From the NCBI GenBank assembly GCA_965238225.1, contig OZ250183.1:704001-768000 (forward strand): DNA of 64,000 bases, written 5' to 3'. The notes below the pieces were generated by a model that ran no database searches, had not been told where the DNA came from, and worked only from the letters and a program-made list of their open reading frames with translations. Below are positions 33,319 through 44,684 of the stretch, piece by piece. Source of the DNA: Gammaproteobacteria bacterium (GTDB lineage Bacteria > Pseudomonadota > Gammaproteobacteria > Eutrophobiales > Eutrophobiaceae). The stretch's first letter is position 1; each line of letters opens with the position of its first letter. The translations under genes were made by a program, and so were the position numbers.

Positions 33319-33395
33319 GAAAGATATGCTCATGCAATAAGCTGCACTATTTTTTGTTTTAATTTCTTTCTACAGTTTTCTATTAGGAAAGTGAG

Positions 33396-34733
33396 TTATG
33401 GATCTTGTTTGGTCTCAATCTTCTTTTGCCAGTCTCGTGATTTTCTTAATACGCTCTGTTCATTAATGCTTGTCAGCACGCGGTTTTTTAGAAGCTGCTT
33501 GCCTGCTACCCAGACATCAGTTACCTGATTGCGATTGGCAGCGTAAACAATATGCGAGACAGGGTCATACAGGGGTTGCGTTTCAATGCTATCAAGATCA
33601 ATCGCAATAATATCAGCGGCCTTGCCTTTTTTGAGCGAGCCTGTGATGTCATCAATCCCTAGTGCCTGTGCGCCATTAATCGTTGCCATCTCCAGTACCT
33701 TTCGCGCGGGCAATATACTGCTGTTTTTGGCGACAGCCTTTGCCAGTAATGCCGCAGTGCGCATTTCAGCAAGCATATCCAGATCATTATTACTGGCAGC
33801 ACCATCAGTACCTAGCGTGATATTAATACCGCGCTGTTGTAATTTACTGACTGGACAAAAACCACTGGCCAATTTTAAGTTTGATTCTGGACAATGGACA
33901 ATATGCACGCCTTGCTTGCTCAGTAGCGTGATTTCATCTTCTGTAAGTTGTGTCATATGTACGGCAATTAAACGTGGATTCAGTATGCCGAGCCTATGCA
34001 GTCTTTGGATAGGACGCTCGCCATATTGCACTTTGCTTTGCTTAACTTCATCTGCCGTTTCATGGATGTGCATATGTATGGGGATATCAAGTTCCTCAGC
34101 AATCATATTAATGCGTTTTAGTGGCTCATCTGAAACGGTATACGGAGCATGCGGTGCAAAGGCTGTGTGGATATGAGGGTGATGCCGATATTTGTCGTGT
34201 ATTTTTTGCCCCTTTACGAGGTATTCATCTGCATCATTTGCCCACGCTGTGGGGAAATCGATAATGATTAGCCCAATTACAGCACGTATGCCTGTTTCTA
34301 CTGCAACCTCTGCGGCTTGATCTGGAAAAAAATACATATCATTAAAACAGGTGGTGCCGCTTCGAATCATTTCTGCGATTGCGTGTCGCGTTCCATCATT
34401 AACGAATTTAGCATCGATCCATTTTTGTTCGGCAGGCCAGATGTGCTGGTTTAACCATTCCATTAAAGGTAAATCATCAGCCAAGCCACGGAAAAGATTC
34501 ATTGCAGCATGTGTGTGGCAATTAATCAGGCCTGGCATCAGAGCATGGTTGTGAAGGTCGTGTTCTTTCGTGGCTGTATATTTATTTTTTGCTTTTTTGC
34601 TTGGTAAAATGGCAATGATTTTGCCATCTTGGATGGCAAGCGAGTGATGCTCCAGTATATTTTTTTTCGGGCTGCTTCTTTTAGTGTCTACCGGAATAAC
34701 CCAGCGGGCATTTATAAGTGTATCTATATTCAT
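33396..34733 (-). CDS. mtaD: TRZ/ATZ family amidohydrolase, probable 5'-methylthioadenosine/S-adenosylhomocysteine deaminase
   Basis: PGLINCHTH, APHAPY, HIHET, HCPESNLKL, GTDGAASNN. Divergent from mtnA-gyrA, the usual synteny. Confidence 0.85.
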   Translation of the reverse strand: MNIDTLINARWVIPVDTKRSSPKKNILEHHSLAIQDGKIIAILPSKKAKNKYTATKEHDLHNHALMPGLINCHTHAAMNLFRGLADDLPLMEWLNQHIWPAEQKWIDAKFVNDGTRHAIAEMIRSGTTCFNDMYFFPDQAAEVAVETGIRAVIGLIIIDFPTAWANDADEYLVKGQKIHDKYRHHPHIHTAFAPHAPYTVSDEPLKRINMIAEELDIPIHMHIHETADEVKQSKVQYGERPIQRLHRLGILNPRLIAVHMTQLTEDEITLLSKQGVHIVHCPESNLKLASGFCPVSKLQQRGINITLGTDGAASNNDLDMLAEMRTAALLAKAVAKNSSILPARKVLEMATINGAQALGIDDITGSLKKGKAADIIAIDLDSIETQPLYDPVSHIVYAANRNQVTDVWVAGKQLLKNRVLTSINEQSVLRKSRDWQKKIETKQDP

Positions 34734-34830
34734 CCTGTTACCATAAGTCTGCTAATTCTGTAACCTGTAATGTATGAATTGTACGAAAAACTTAAACTAA
34801 AAAAAGAAATTATAAGAAGGAGGCTTTAAA

Positions 34831-35490
34831 TTGCCAGCAAAAGATTTATCAGAATATCTCGCCAATGGAAAACATGACATATTGTGCCCCGTTGAGTGGG
34901 TATCAGAAGGGATAGACTTGATTGATCAGCGCGTATTGCCGCATAAATTTAAGGTCAATCACTACACTGATGTTCGCGCATTGTCAGAAGCGATTATGGG
35001 TATGGTTGTTAGAGGTGCCCCTGCTATTGGTATTGCAGGGCGCGAGGTTGAGCACATGGGAGTTGCAGCAAGATGATATTTTAACCACACTTTTAACAGA
35101 CAGCGCCGCTTGTTCTTTATACAGTCAAGGGGATGTCAGGTGGGTTATTGTAGGTGCAGACAGGATTGCAGCAAACGGTGATGTCTGCAATAAAATTGGT
35201 ACCTATATGCATGCGCTTATGGCAAGACACCACGGTGTTCGCATGATGATGGTTGCGCGCCCATATCAACATTTGATCTCAAGGTCAAAAGTGGGCAAGA
35301 AATTTCTGTTGAGCATAGAGAAAAAGAAGAAATTTTAAGTTTTTCAGGTGTAAAAATTGCACCAGAAAATATTTCAGCGTGGAATCCTGTTTTTGATGTA
35401 ACGCCTGCTGATTTGATCGATGTTATCGTCACTGAAAAGGGCATTATTGAAGCCCCTGATTCTCATAAAATTATGTCGCTATTTGCTTGA
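34831..35490 (+). pseudogene. mtnA: S-methyl-5-thioribose-1-phosphate isomerase, internal deletion plus frameshift
   Basis: N-terminal LIDQRVLP...[12 protein letters not shown] joined at about 35035 to LQGARL...[19 protein letters not shown]. Second shift at about 35258 to ...WNPVFDVTPADLIDVIVTEKG, stop at 35490. Confidence 0.92.
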
Positions 35491-35611
35491 AAATAATCTG
35501 TTTTTACAGCAGTTTTTTCTGTAGAGAATAGGTCTTATGTGGTAAAATTTTGACCTTTATGAACTAAGGAAAATAGGTCTCGATTGTTTCTCAATAAAGC
35601 CCTAAATTTGT

Positions 35612-38179
35612 ATGAATGAAAGTGAAATAACAGGCGCTGTAAGCCCCGTCAATATCGAAGACGAAATGAAGCAATCCTACATGGATTACGCCATGAGCGT
35701 TATTGTAGGAAGGGCGCTACCAGATGTCCGTGATGGCTTAAAACCTGTGCACCGTCGTGTTTTGTATGCCATGAACGAGATGGGTAATGACTGGAACAAG
35801 GCCTACAAAAAATCAGCCCGTATCGTCGGTGACGTGATTGGTAAATACCATCCGCATGGCGATACCGCAGTATATAGTACCATGGTGCGAATGGCTCAGC
35901 CATTTTCGTTACGTTATGTCCTGGTTGATGGTCAAGGAAACTTTGGTTCAGTAGACGGCGATTCCCCGGCCGCCATGCGCTACACAGAAGTGCGCATGGC
36001 ACGTATTGCCCACGAATTATTAGAAGACCTAGACAAGGAAACGGTCGATTTTATACCGAATTATGATGCCTCAGAACATGAGCCTACGGTTTTTCCTGCA
36101 CGTATTCCAAACTTACTCGTTAACGGCTCAAGCGGTATCGCGGTTGGTATGGCGACCAATATTCCGCCACATAACTTAACTGAGGTTATAAACGCCACTA
36201 TTGCGCTGATAGACAATGACGAAATCACTATCGCTACACTTATGCAGTTTATTCCCGGGCCAGACTTTCCAACAGCGGGGTTCATCAATGGCTCTAAGGG
36301 TATTCGTGAGGCTTACGAAATGGGTCGTGGCAAGATTTACATGCGTGCACGTATCGACGTTGAGTCTGATAAAGAAACAGGCAGGCAGAGTATTATCGTT
36401 ACGGAATTACCTTATCAGGTAAATAAGGCACGTTTGATGGAAAAAATTGCCGAACTGGTGAAGGATAAAAAAATTAGCGGCATTAGAGAATTGCGTGATG
36501 AGTCTGATAAAGATGGTATGCGTATGGTTATCGATCTGCGTAAAGGCGAAATCCCTGAGGTTCTGATAAACAATCTTTATCAACAAACACAAATGCAAAA
36601 TGTGTTTGGTATCAATATCGTTGCGCTACAAGACGGTCAGCCAAGATTGTTGAATCTAAAACAGTTATTAGAATCCTTTGTCTATCATCGTCGTGAAATT
36701 GTGACACGCAGGACACGTTATGATTTACGCAAATCAAGAGCACGCGCACATATTCTGGAAGGTTTGGCAGTTTCGCTGGCGAATATCGACCCTGTGATTG
36801 CCCTAATTAAGTCCGCCGCCACGCCTGCCGAGGCTAAACAGGCATTGTTGGAGCCTGTATGGGAATCAGGAATTGTGACGAAGATGCTTGCGCAGACAGA
36901 TTCAGATGCCTCACAACCAGAAGATTTAGCGGATGGCTTTGGCCTTGTCGAGGGCGGTTACCGATTATCTGAAATTCAGGCACAAGCAATTTTAGATTTG
37001 AAATTACAAAGACTAACAGGACTGGAACAACAAAAGATCGTTAAGGAATATGGTGAGATTCTAGAAGCCATTATCGACTTACTGGATATCCTCTCGCGAC
37101 CAGAAAGATTAATGCAAGTTATCAGAGAAGAGCTTGAAGGTATTCGAGATCGTTATGGCGATGAACGACGCACCAAAATTCTTGAAGACCAAGTTGATTT
37201 GAGTATGGAAGATCTGATTAACGAAGAAGATGTCATAGTGACGCTTTCACACGCAGGTTATGCGAAATCTCAAATGATTGATACTTATCGTTCGCAACGT
37301 CGTGGCGGCAAGGGTAAATCTGCAACAAATATGAAAGATGAAGATTTCATAGACAAGTTATTTATTGCCAGCACTCACGATACCTTGTTATGTTTTTCTA
37401 GCAAGGGCAAAGTATATTGGCTAAAGGTCTATCAATTACCTCAGGCCAGTCGCATCGCGCGCGGCAAACCGATTGTCAATTTATTAAAACTGGAATACGG
37501 TGAGCGAATCAATGCAGTATTGCCTATACGTGAATTTGTTGAAGAAAAATTTATCTTTATGGCGACAGCTGATGGAACAGTGAAAAAATGCAGGCTAACA
37601 GATTTTGCACGACCAAGACACAGTGGCTTAAGGGCGATTGAGTTGGCTGACGGTAACCAGCTAATTGGCGTTGAAGTCACCGACGGTAATCACGACATTA
37701 TGTTATTTAGTAATTCAGGCAAGGCAGTACGTTTTAAAGAGACCGCAGTGAGGGTTACGGGTAGAACTGCCAAAGGCGTTCGTGGTATTCGTTTGACTAA
37801 AGGTCAGAGTGTAAATTCACTTATCATTATTAAATCAGATAAAAGCTCGGTATTGACGGTGACCGAAAATGGTTTTGGCAAGCGAACCGTGATCTCGGAT
37901 TATGTGTCTAAAGGTAGAGGCGGTTTAGGTGTTATCTCGATTCAAACAACAGCGCGAAATGGTAATGTGATTGGTGCTGTTGATGTTGATGAAGATGATG
38001 AGATCATGTTAATCAGCAATCAAGGGACTTTGATTCGTACCCCTGTTAATGATGTCTCAGTGGTGGGAAGAAATACACAAGGCGTGATTCTGGTCAAGCT
38101 GGGAAAAGAAGAGCATCTGGTAAGTTTGGAACGTATTGTTGAGTATAAAGATGAAGAAGACGCAACAAAAGAAAATTAA
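35612..38179 (+). CDS. gyrA: DNA gyrase subunit A
   Basis: [28 protein letters not shown], GyrA-box QRRGGKG. Confidence 0.98.
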   Translation: MNESEITGAVSPVNIEDEMKQSYMDYAMSVIVGRALPDVRDGLKPVHRRVLYAMNEMGNDWNKAYKKSARIVGDVIGKYHPHGDTAVYSTMVRMAQPFSLRYVLVDGQGNFGSVDGDSPAAMRYTEVRMARIAHELLEDLDKETVDFIPNYDASEHEPTVFPARIPNLLVNGSSGIAVGMATNIPPHNLTEVINATIALIDNDEITIATLMQFIPGPDFPTAGFINGSKGIREAYEMGRGKIYMRARIDVESDKETGRQSIIVTELPYQVNKARLMEKIAELVKDKKISGIRELRDESDKDGMRMVIDLRKGEIPEVLINNLYQQTQMQNVFGINIVALQDGQPRLLNLKQLLESFVYHRREIVTRRTRYDLRKSRARAHILEGLAVSLANIDPVIALIKSAATPAEAKQALLEPVWESGIVTKMLAQTDSDASQPEDLADGFGLVEGGYRLSEIQAQAILDLKLQRLTGLEQQKIVKEYGEILEAIIDLLDILSRPERLMQVIREELEGIRDRYGDERRTKILEDQVDLSMEDLINEEDVIVTLSHAGYAKSQMIDTYRSQRRGGKGKSATNMKDEDFIDKLFIASTHDTLLCFSSKGKVYWLKVYQLPQASRIARGKPIVNLLKLEYGERINAVLPIREFVEEKFIFMATADGTVKKCRLTDFARPRHSGLRAIELADGNQLIGVEVTDGNHDIMLFSNSGKAVRFKETAVRVTGRTAKGVRGIRLTKGQSVNSLIIIKSDKSSVLTVTENGFGKRTVISDYVSKGRGGLGVISIQTTARNGNVIGAVDVDEDDEIMLISNQGTLIRTPVNDVSVVGRNTQGVILVKLGKEEHLVSLERIVEYKDEEDATKEN

Positions 38180-38183
38180 CACA

Positions 38184-39296
38184 TTGCAAGTTGTAGACAG
38201 CAAAAAATGTTTTTCGGGACGGGTCTATAATTTTAATGCAGGCCCTGCAATGTTGCCAAGAGAAGTTATGCGGTTTGCTAGAGAGGAATTCCTTGATTGG
38301 CATGGGGTTGGAATATCAGTTATGGAGATGAGTCATCGTAGCGATGAATATATGTCTATTGCTACACAGGCAGAGCTAAATTTTCGAGAGCTACTGGATA
38401 TTCCTGAAAACTACAAAGTGCTTTTTTTACACGGAGGCGCTAGTAGCCAGTTTGCTATGGTGCCTCTCAATTTACTTGCGGGCAAAAACACAGCTGATTA
38501 TTTTAATACTGGTTTGTGGTCTGCGAAGGCGCAGAAAGAAGCAGAACGATTTTGTAAAGTCAATGTCATTGCCCACGCAGGAAGCGACACGCCGCTATCA
38601 GTGCCAGAAGTAAGAAAATGTTCATTTGATCCTGATGCGGCTTATGTCTATTACACTGATAATGAGACAATAAGTGGTGTCCAGTTTTCTGCTATCCCTA
38701 ATGCAGGAAGTGTTCCACTGGTCACAGATATGACATCTAGTCTACTGTCTAAACCATTAGATGTCTCGCGTTACGGTGTCATATTTGCAGGCGCACAAAA
38801 AAATATTGGTCCGGCAGGACTGGTAGTTGTTATTATTCGTGAAGATTTGATTGGCTATGCATCGAAACATATACCGAGCATGTATGATTATGCTGTGCAT
38901 GCTAAAAATAGCTCAATGTATAATACGCCACCGACCTATGGTTGGTATATATCCGGGCTGGTATTAAAGTGGATCAAGGAACAAGGCGGTCTTGTGGCGA
39001 TGGAAAAAATGAGTCACGCACGTTCCGATAGTCTATATCAGGCGATTGATAAATCTGATTTTTATGACAATCGAGTAACAACAAAATATCGCTCTAGTAT
39101 GAACATACCGTTTTTCCTAGCTGATGATTCACTCAATAAAAAATTTACCAGCGCAGCAAAAGATCATGGCTTGGTTGGCTTGGTTGGTCATCGCAGTATC
39201 GGTGGTATGCGTGCCAGCATGTACAACGCGATGCCTGAAGATGGTGTTGATACCTTGATTGCTTTTATGCAGGAATTTGAACGTACAAATGGCTGA
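38184..39296 (+). CDS. serC: Phosphoserine aminotransferase
   Basis: YNFNAGPAMLP, EMSHRS, AGAQKNIGPAG, YNTPP, GHRSIGGMRAS.YNA. Start uncertain. Confidence 0.95.
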   Translation: MQVVDSKKCFSGRVYNFNAGPAMLPREVMRFAREEFLDWHGVGISVMEMSHRSDEYMSIATQAELNFRELLDIPENYKVLFLHGGASSQFAMVPLNLLAGKNTADYFNTGLWSAKAQKEAERFCKVNVIAHAGSDTPLSVPEVRKCSFDPDAAYVYYTDNETISGVQFSAIPNAGSVPLVTDMTSSLLSKPLDVSRYGVIFAGAQKNIGPAGLVVVIIREDLIGYASKHIPSMYDYAVHAKNSSMYNTPPTYGWYISGLVLKWIKEQGGLVAMEKMSHARSDSLYQAIDKSDFYDNRVTTKYRSSMNIPFFLADDSLNKKFTSAAKDHGLVGLVGHRSIGGMRASMYNAMPEDGVDTLIAFMQEFERTNG

Positions 39297-40374
39297 AGAT
39301 TTAACATTAGATGAACTAAGAGTAAAGATTAATGGAATTGATTCAAATTTACTTGAGTTGATTAGCCAGCGTGCGCAGATGGCAACAGAAGTTGCTCGCG
39401 TCAAAAATAAACAGTCGGAAGATAATGATTTTTACCGTCCAGAACGTGAAGCGCAGGTACTGAGAAAAATCATAGCCCGAAATCCTGGGCCATTATCCGC
39501 AGAAGAGATAGCGCGTTTATTCCGTGAGATAATGTCCGCTTGTTTGGCGTTGGAGCAAACATTAAATATTGCTTATCTAGGGCCTGAAGGCACTTTTACA
39601 CAAGCTGCGGTGTTAAAACACTTTGGCCGATCGGTGAAAACGGCGGCAATAAGCAGCATTAATCAGGTCTTTCGAGAAGTGGAATCTGGTGCCTATCAGT
39701 ATGGCGTTGTTCCCATCGAAAACTCTATAGAAGGTGTTGTTAATCACACGCTTGATATGTGTATAAATTCAAACCTGATGATTTGCGGTGAGATCGAGCT
39801 GCGCATTCATCATCACTTGATGAGCAATGAAAAATCCATCGAAAAAATTACCAAAGTGTATTCGCATCAACAATCGTTGGCGCAATGTAGAGCATGGCTG
39901 GATACACATTTATTAAAAGCGCAAAGAATTTTTCTGAACAGTAATGCAGAAGCCGCACGACTTGCTGCAGAGGAAGAGAATGCCGCAGCGATAGCAGGCG
40001 AGCCTGCCGCTGAACTCTATGGGCTTTCTGTGTTGATGAAAAATATTGAGAACGAAACCGACAATACCACTCGTTTTCTGGTATTGGGGAAGCATGAGCC
40101 ACCACCGAGTGACAACGATAAAACTTCCTTAATTTTTGCAGCAAAGAATAAACCCGGCGCTCTTCATGAGATGCTCACCTGCTTTTCAGATAACGGCATA
40201 AATCTGACTCATATTGAATCACGACCATCACATCAAGGTATATGGGAATATGTCTTTTTTGTGGATATTAAAGGTCATGCTCAGGAAGCCGATGTTGCTT
40301 TAGCGTTGGATAAACTAAATAACCGCGCTGCAATGTTTAAATTATTAGGTTCGTATCCATGCGCTGTGTTGTGA
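39289..40374 (+). CDS. pheA: Chorismate mutase/prephenate dehydratase (P-protein)
   Basis: YRPERE, YLGPEGTF, PIENSIEG, NTTRF, IESRP, LGSYP. Confidence 0.95.
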   Translation: MAEDLTLDELRVKINGIDSNLLELISQRAQMATEVARVKNKQSEDNDFYRPEREAQVLRKIIARNPGPLSAEEIARLFREIMSACLALEQTLNIAYLGPEGTFTQAAVLKHFGRSVKTAAISSINQVFREVESGAYQYGVVPIENSIEGVVNHTLDMCINSNLMICGEIELRIHHHLMSNEKSIEKITKVYSHQQSLAQCRAWLDTHLLKAQRIFLNSNAEAARLAAEEENAAAIAGEPAAELYGLSVLMKNIENETDNTTRFLVLGKHEPPPSDNDKTSLIFAAKNKPGALHEMLTCFSDNGINLTHIESRPSHQGIWEYVFFVDIKGHAQEADVALALDKLNNRAAMFKLLGSYPCAVL

Positions 40375-40418
40375 TCATCTAGATATGTACTGTAAAGAGT
40401 CGTCTGAAAGTCAATACA

Positions 40419-41534
40419 ATGACATGTGATTTTATTAATTTAGCAACAACAGGTGTTGCTGGTTTACAGCCTTACGATCCAGGAAAGTCTGTGGAAGAAC
40501 TTAGGCGTGAGCTTGGTATTAGTCATATCACCAAGCTAGCTTCTAACGAAAATCCGCTTGGCCCCAGTATGAAAGCGCAGCAAGCTATATTGTCCGCCTC
40601 TGAATTGTCGAGGTACCCTGATGGCAATGCACATGATTTAAAAATGGCTTTGGCAAAACTGCATGGCGTTGATACAAATCAAATCACTATCGGCAATGGG
40701 TCAAATGAAATATTGGAACTCATTGCAAGAGCAATTACAAGTCCACAGCATGAAGTCATTTTTTCAGAACATGCCTTTGCAATATATCCTTTAGTAACAC
40801 AGGCAGTTGGTGCAAAAGCTGTTATTGTACCTGCAAAAAACTGGGGGCATGATCTTTTGGCAATGCAAGCAGCAATCAATGAAAACTCACGCCTTATATT
40901 TATTGCAAATCCGAATAATCCTACCGGGACTTGGCTTAATAGCCAAACATTAAAAACATTGCTTGAGTCTTGTCCTCGGCATGTAATAGTGGTTGTAGAT
41001 GAAGCCTATTTCGAATACGTCGGTGAACATGATTACCCCAACTGCATTCGGTGGGTGAGTAAATTTCCGAATCTGTTAGTAACCCGCACCTTCTCAAAGA
41101 TATTTGGTCTCGCTGGCCTTAGAATAGGTTATGGCATTTCGCATCGAAGTATTGCCGATTTGATGAATCGGGTCAGACAGCCTTTTAATACAAATAGTTT
41201 AGCGCTAAAAGCAGCTGTGGCAGCGTTGGAAGATAATGAACACCTACAACAAAGTATTGGAATAAATCAGGCAGGAATGAACCAGCTAATAAAAGCGTTT
41301 GATGCTATGTGTTTAAAATATATTCCCTCAGTTGGAAATTTTATCTGCATTGATTTGCAGTCAAAAGACGAGTCCGGCAAAGCAATATATAAAAAACTAT
41401 TACGTCAAGGTGTTATCGTCAGGTCAATTGATAATTATGGTATGCCAAATCACCTGCGGATTACTGTGGGTCTGAAAGAAGAGAATGAAAAACTTATTAA
41501 TGCCCTGGAGTTAGCATTAAAGGGTATGGACTAA
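40419..41534 (+). CDS. hisC: Histidinol-phosphate aminotransferase
   Basis: KLASNENPLG, GNGSNE, NPNNPTG, DEAY, RTFSKIFGLAGLRIG. Confidence 0.93.
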   Translation: MTCDFINLATTGVAGLQPYDPGKSVEELRRELGISHITKLASNENPLGPSMKAQQAILSASELSRYPDGNAHDLKMALAKLHGVDTNQITIGNGSNEILELIARAITSPQHEVIFSEHAFAIYPLVTQAVGAKAVIVPAKNWGHDLLAMQAAINENSRLIFIANPNNPTGTWLNSQTLKTLLESCPRHVIVVVDEAYFEYVGEHDYPNCIRWVSKFPNLLVTRTFSKIFGLAGLRIGYGISHRSIADLMNRVRQPFNTNSLALKAAVAALEDNEHLQQSIGINQAGMNQLIKAFDAMCLKYIPSVGNFICIDLQSKDESGKAIYKKLLRQGVIVRSIDNYGMPNHLRITVGLKEENEKLINALELALKGMD

Positions 41535-41540
41535 AGAAGC

Positions 41541-42443
41541 ATGATGGACAATTTCATAGCTAGGCGCATAGCAATTATAGGCGTAGGCCTGATTGGCGGT
41601 TCACTTGCACGAGCACTTAAAAATGTTAATGCAGTAACGACTGTTGTCGGTTATGGGCGTGATGAAAACAATCTGAAAAGAGCCGTTTCTTTGGGTGTAA
41701 TAGACAGCTACAGCCTAGATATTGAAACAGTTGTGAATGATTCTGATATTGTTGTATTGGCAACACCGTTATCAACTGCCGATAAATTATTTTCAGCGAT
41801 GTCAGGAGTGTTGAAGAAGACAGTGGTTATCACCGATGTCGGAAGCGCGAAAGGTTCGATTGTTAAATCTGCGAGAGAAAATTTGGGTGACTTATTTACC
41901 CGGTTTGTCCCTGCGCATCCGATTGCTGGAAAAGAAGAAAGTGGTATAGACGCATCATTTGCAGAATTATTCGATGCGCATCAAGTTATTCTCACGCCTC
42001 TTTCCAAAACAGATGCCCAAGCAATACATTTGATCACTAAAATGTGGAAACTGACCGGCGCAGAAGTGGTGAATCTAGATATTGAACACCATGATACTAT
42101 CCTTGCTGCAACCAGCCATTTACCTCATGTGCTTGCTTATGCCTTGGTAGACTGTCTGTCCAGTATGCAAGAACGAGATGAAATTTTTAAATTTGCCGCT
42201 GGTGGTTTTGCAGATTTTACTCGACTAGCATCTAGTCACCCGCGTATGTGGCACGACATCTGTTTTTCAAATCGCAAACAACTCTTAAATGCAATGGAGC
42301 GCTTTGATCAGCATCTACATAAAATAAGAGAAGCAATTACAGAAGATGACAGTGATGCCTTATTAGAATTATTTGAAAGAGCCAAGATTTCACGGAGCAC
42401 ATTTATTGACCAGCGAAAAAAGAAAAACGATTCTCCTGAATAA
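41541..42443 (+). CDS. tyrA: Prephenate/arogenate dehydrogenase
   Basis: GVGLIGGS, TDVGSAK, HPIAG.E.SG, HD...A.TSHLPH. Confidence 0.92.
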   Translation: MMDNFIARRIAIIGVGLIGGSLARALKNVNAVTTVVGYGRDENNLKRAVSLGVIDSYSLDIETVVNDSDIVVLATPLSTADKLFSAMSGVLKKTVVITDVGSAKGSIVKSARENLGDLFTRFVPAHPIAGKEESGIDASFAELFDAHQVILTPLSKTDAQAIHLITKMWKLTGAEVVNLDIEHHDTILAATSHLPHVLAYALVDCLSSMQERDEIFKFAAGGFADFTRLASSHPRMWHDICFSNRKQLLNAMERFDQHLHKIREAITEDDSDALLELFERAKISRSTFIDQRKKKNDSPE

Positions 42444-42484
42444 ATGCGCACGCATAATTTAAGCATTCCTGATTTATACATAAC

Positions 42485-43795
42485 ATGATTAATTACTGTG
42501 TTATGCCTGGTGGAAAATTAAGTGGTCAATTTTGCGTGCCTGGTGATAAATCTATCTCGCATCGCGCCTTGATGTTGTCTGCAATTGCAGAAGGCCGAAG
42601 TCGAATCTCTGGTTTTCTCAATGGCAAAGATACATTGGCAACCATGGCGGCGTTTAGAGCAATGGGAGTCAAAATTCAACATAATTTAGAAAATGAGGTG
42701 ATTGTTGATGGGGCGGGCATGCAAGGCCTTATAGCGCCAGAAACAGCACTGAATTTAGGTAATTCAGGCACTTCCGCCCGTTTACTTTCTGGCTTACTCG
42801 CAGGTCTTGGAATTGACTGTGAATTAGTGGGTGATGAATCATTAATGTCTCGGCCAATGCGCAGGATTGTTGAACCTCTGCAAAAAATGCAGACATCGAT
42901 TACTTGCTCAGAAAGCGGTACTTTACCCATACATATAAAAGGCGGAAGCAGTGCAGTAGCAATAGATTTTGAAATGCCAGTGGCAAGTGCGCAAATAAAA
43001 TCTGGCCTGTTATTAGCAGCTTTGAACGCAAACGGCAGGACTTGCATCCATGAGCCTCACGCGACACGCGATCATACTGAGCGTATGCTCAAGCAATTTT
43101 CTTATCAGGTAGAGTGCGCGGGAAAAACAATTTCTGTTATTGGGGGCAACGCTTTAAAAGCAGTAGATATCACAGTGCCTGCAGATATCTCCTCAGCAGC
43201 TTTTTTTATTGTCGGCGCAAGCATTGCAAGCGGTTCAGACATTATCATTAAAAATATTGGCATCAACCCAAGAAGAGATGCTGTGCTGCATATATTAAAA
43301 GCAATGGGCGCTCGTATCACGTTGCTGAATAAAAAAGTGCTTAGCGGTGAACCTGTTTCTGATATTCAGGTAAAGTCATCCAAATTACATGGTATCGATA
43401 TCCCTGAAATATTAGTCCCTGGAGCGATAGATGAATTTCCTGCCATCATGATAGCTGCTGCCAATGCAAAAGGTCGTACCAGATTCACTGGCGTAGGAGA
43501 ATTACGCATCAAAGAAAGTGACAGGTTATCAGCAATGAGCGAAGGTTTGCAAACACTAGGCATTAATACTGATGAAACGCTTGACGGAATAACAATCATT
43601 GGCGGTAAGATGAAAGGGGGTGAGATTAATAGCTTTACGGATCACAGGATTGCCATGGCGTTTGTCATCTCTGGCCTTACTTCCTGCGAGCCTATTAAGA
43701 TTAAAAATTGCTCTAATATCGAAACCTCTTTTCCTGATTTTTTTGGTGTTGCAAGGTCTGTCGGTATTGATCTGGTGATCGAGGAACAAGTTTAA
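42485..43795 (+). CDS. aroA: EPSP synthase
   Basis: PGDKSISHR, GNSGT, SAQIKS, RDHTE, ELRIKESDR, DHRIAM. Confidence 0.96.
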   Translation: MINYCVMPGGKLSGQFCVPGDKSISHRALMLSAIAEGRSRISGFLNGKDTLATMAAFRAMGVKIQHNLENEVIVDGAGMQGLIAPETALNLGNSGTSARLLSGLLAGLGIDCELVGDESLMSRPMRRIVEPLQKMQTSITCSESGTLPIHIKGGSSAVAIDFEMPVASAQIKSGLLLAALNANGRTCIHEPHATRDHTERMLKQFSYQVECAGKTISVIGGNALKAVDITVPADISSAAFFIVGASIASGSDIIIKNIGINPRRDAVLHILKAMGARITLLNKKVLSGEPVSDIQVKSSKLHGIDIPEILVPGAIDEFPAIMIAAANAKGRTRFTGVGELRIKESDRLSAMSEGLQTLGINTDETLDGITIIGGKMKGGEINSFTDHRIAMAFVISGLTSCEPIKIKNCSNIETSFPDFFGVARSVGIDLVIEEQV

Positions 43796-44493
43796 TGTCT
43801 GTTATCCCTGTTATTTCTGTCGATGGTCTAAGTGGCACTGGAAAAGGCACGATATGCAGTCATTTGGCTTCTTGGCTGGGTTGGCATCTTCTTGATAGTG
43901 GTGCCTTGTATAGAATACTGGCTGTTGCTGCTATAAAATATCAGCTAAAGCTTGACAATGAATCGGCCATTTCCGATATCGCAAAATCACTAGATGTTGT
44001 TTTTAAGAAATCCAAGCCGGGAGAGGACATAACAGTCATTTTTGAAGGTGATGACATCAGCCAGAAAATAAGAACGGAAGCATGTGCTAATTCAGCATCA
44101 CAGATTGCAACACTTCCAGAAGTTAGAGCCACTCTATTGGATCGGCAAAGACAATTTCAACAAGCTCCCGGCCTGATTGCCGATGGTCGGGATATGGGAA
44201 CAGTGGTCTTTGCTTGCGCACCTTTAAAAATTTACCTCATTGCTTCCGCCAGAGAACGTGCCAAAAGACGCTATAAGCAGTTGAAACAAAAAGGGTTTGA
44301 TGTTAGTCTGCCTCACCTTGCGGCTGATATAGCTAAGAGAGATGCAAGGGATAGTGAGAGAACTACATCACCACTTACACCTGCAGAAGATGCCGTCGTG
44401 ATCGACACCACAGTAATGGAAATTTCTGAGTTTATAAAAAAGGCAGAGGATTTGGTTCGGAAAACTCTGCCAGATGTCTGTCGAACGCGATGA
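43795..44493 (+). CDS. cmk: Cytidylate kinase
   Basis: DG.SGTGKGT, LDSGALYR, ADGRDMGTVVF. Confidence 0.95.
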   Translation: MSVIPVISVDGLSGTGKGTICSHLASWLGWHLLDSGALYRILAVAAIKYQLKLDNESAISDIAKSLDVVFKKSKPGEDITVIFEGDDISQKIRTEACANSASQIATLPEVRATLLDRQRQFQQAPGLIADGRDMGTVVFACAPLKIYLIASARERAKRRYKQLKQKGFDVSLPHLAADIAKRDARDSERTTSPLTPAEDAVVIDTTVMEISEFIKKAEDLVRKTLPDVCRTR

Positions 44494-44684
44494 TGGTCTG
44501 ATGATGTAATTTGACAACTTAAGCCGTTCTAAAGCTTAATGTTTTCAAGATTAATGTTTTTGACTCATTTTATTAACTAACCGTTATGCAGTACCGCAAA
44601 AATGCAATTGTATGACGATACTCAGACTCTGATATATGAAAATCAGGCAAATCAGAACTGGAATATAAGGTAATTATTTTTTTC

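Noticed and set aside
32368-33395. Transposon or IS with target-site duplication around the orphan gene
   Set aside because: The 14-bp copies are adjacent rather than flanking, and I found no terminal inverted repeats, transposase or integrase.
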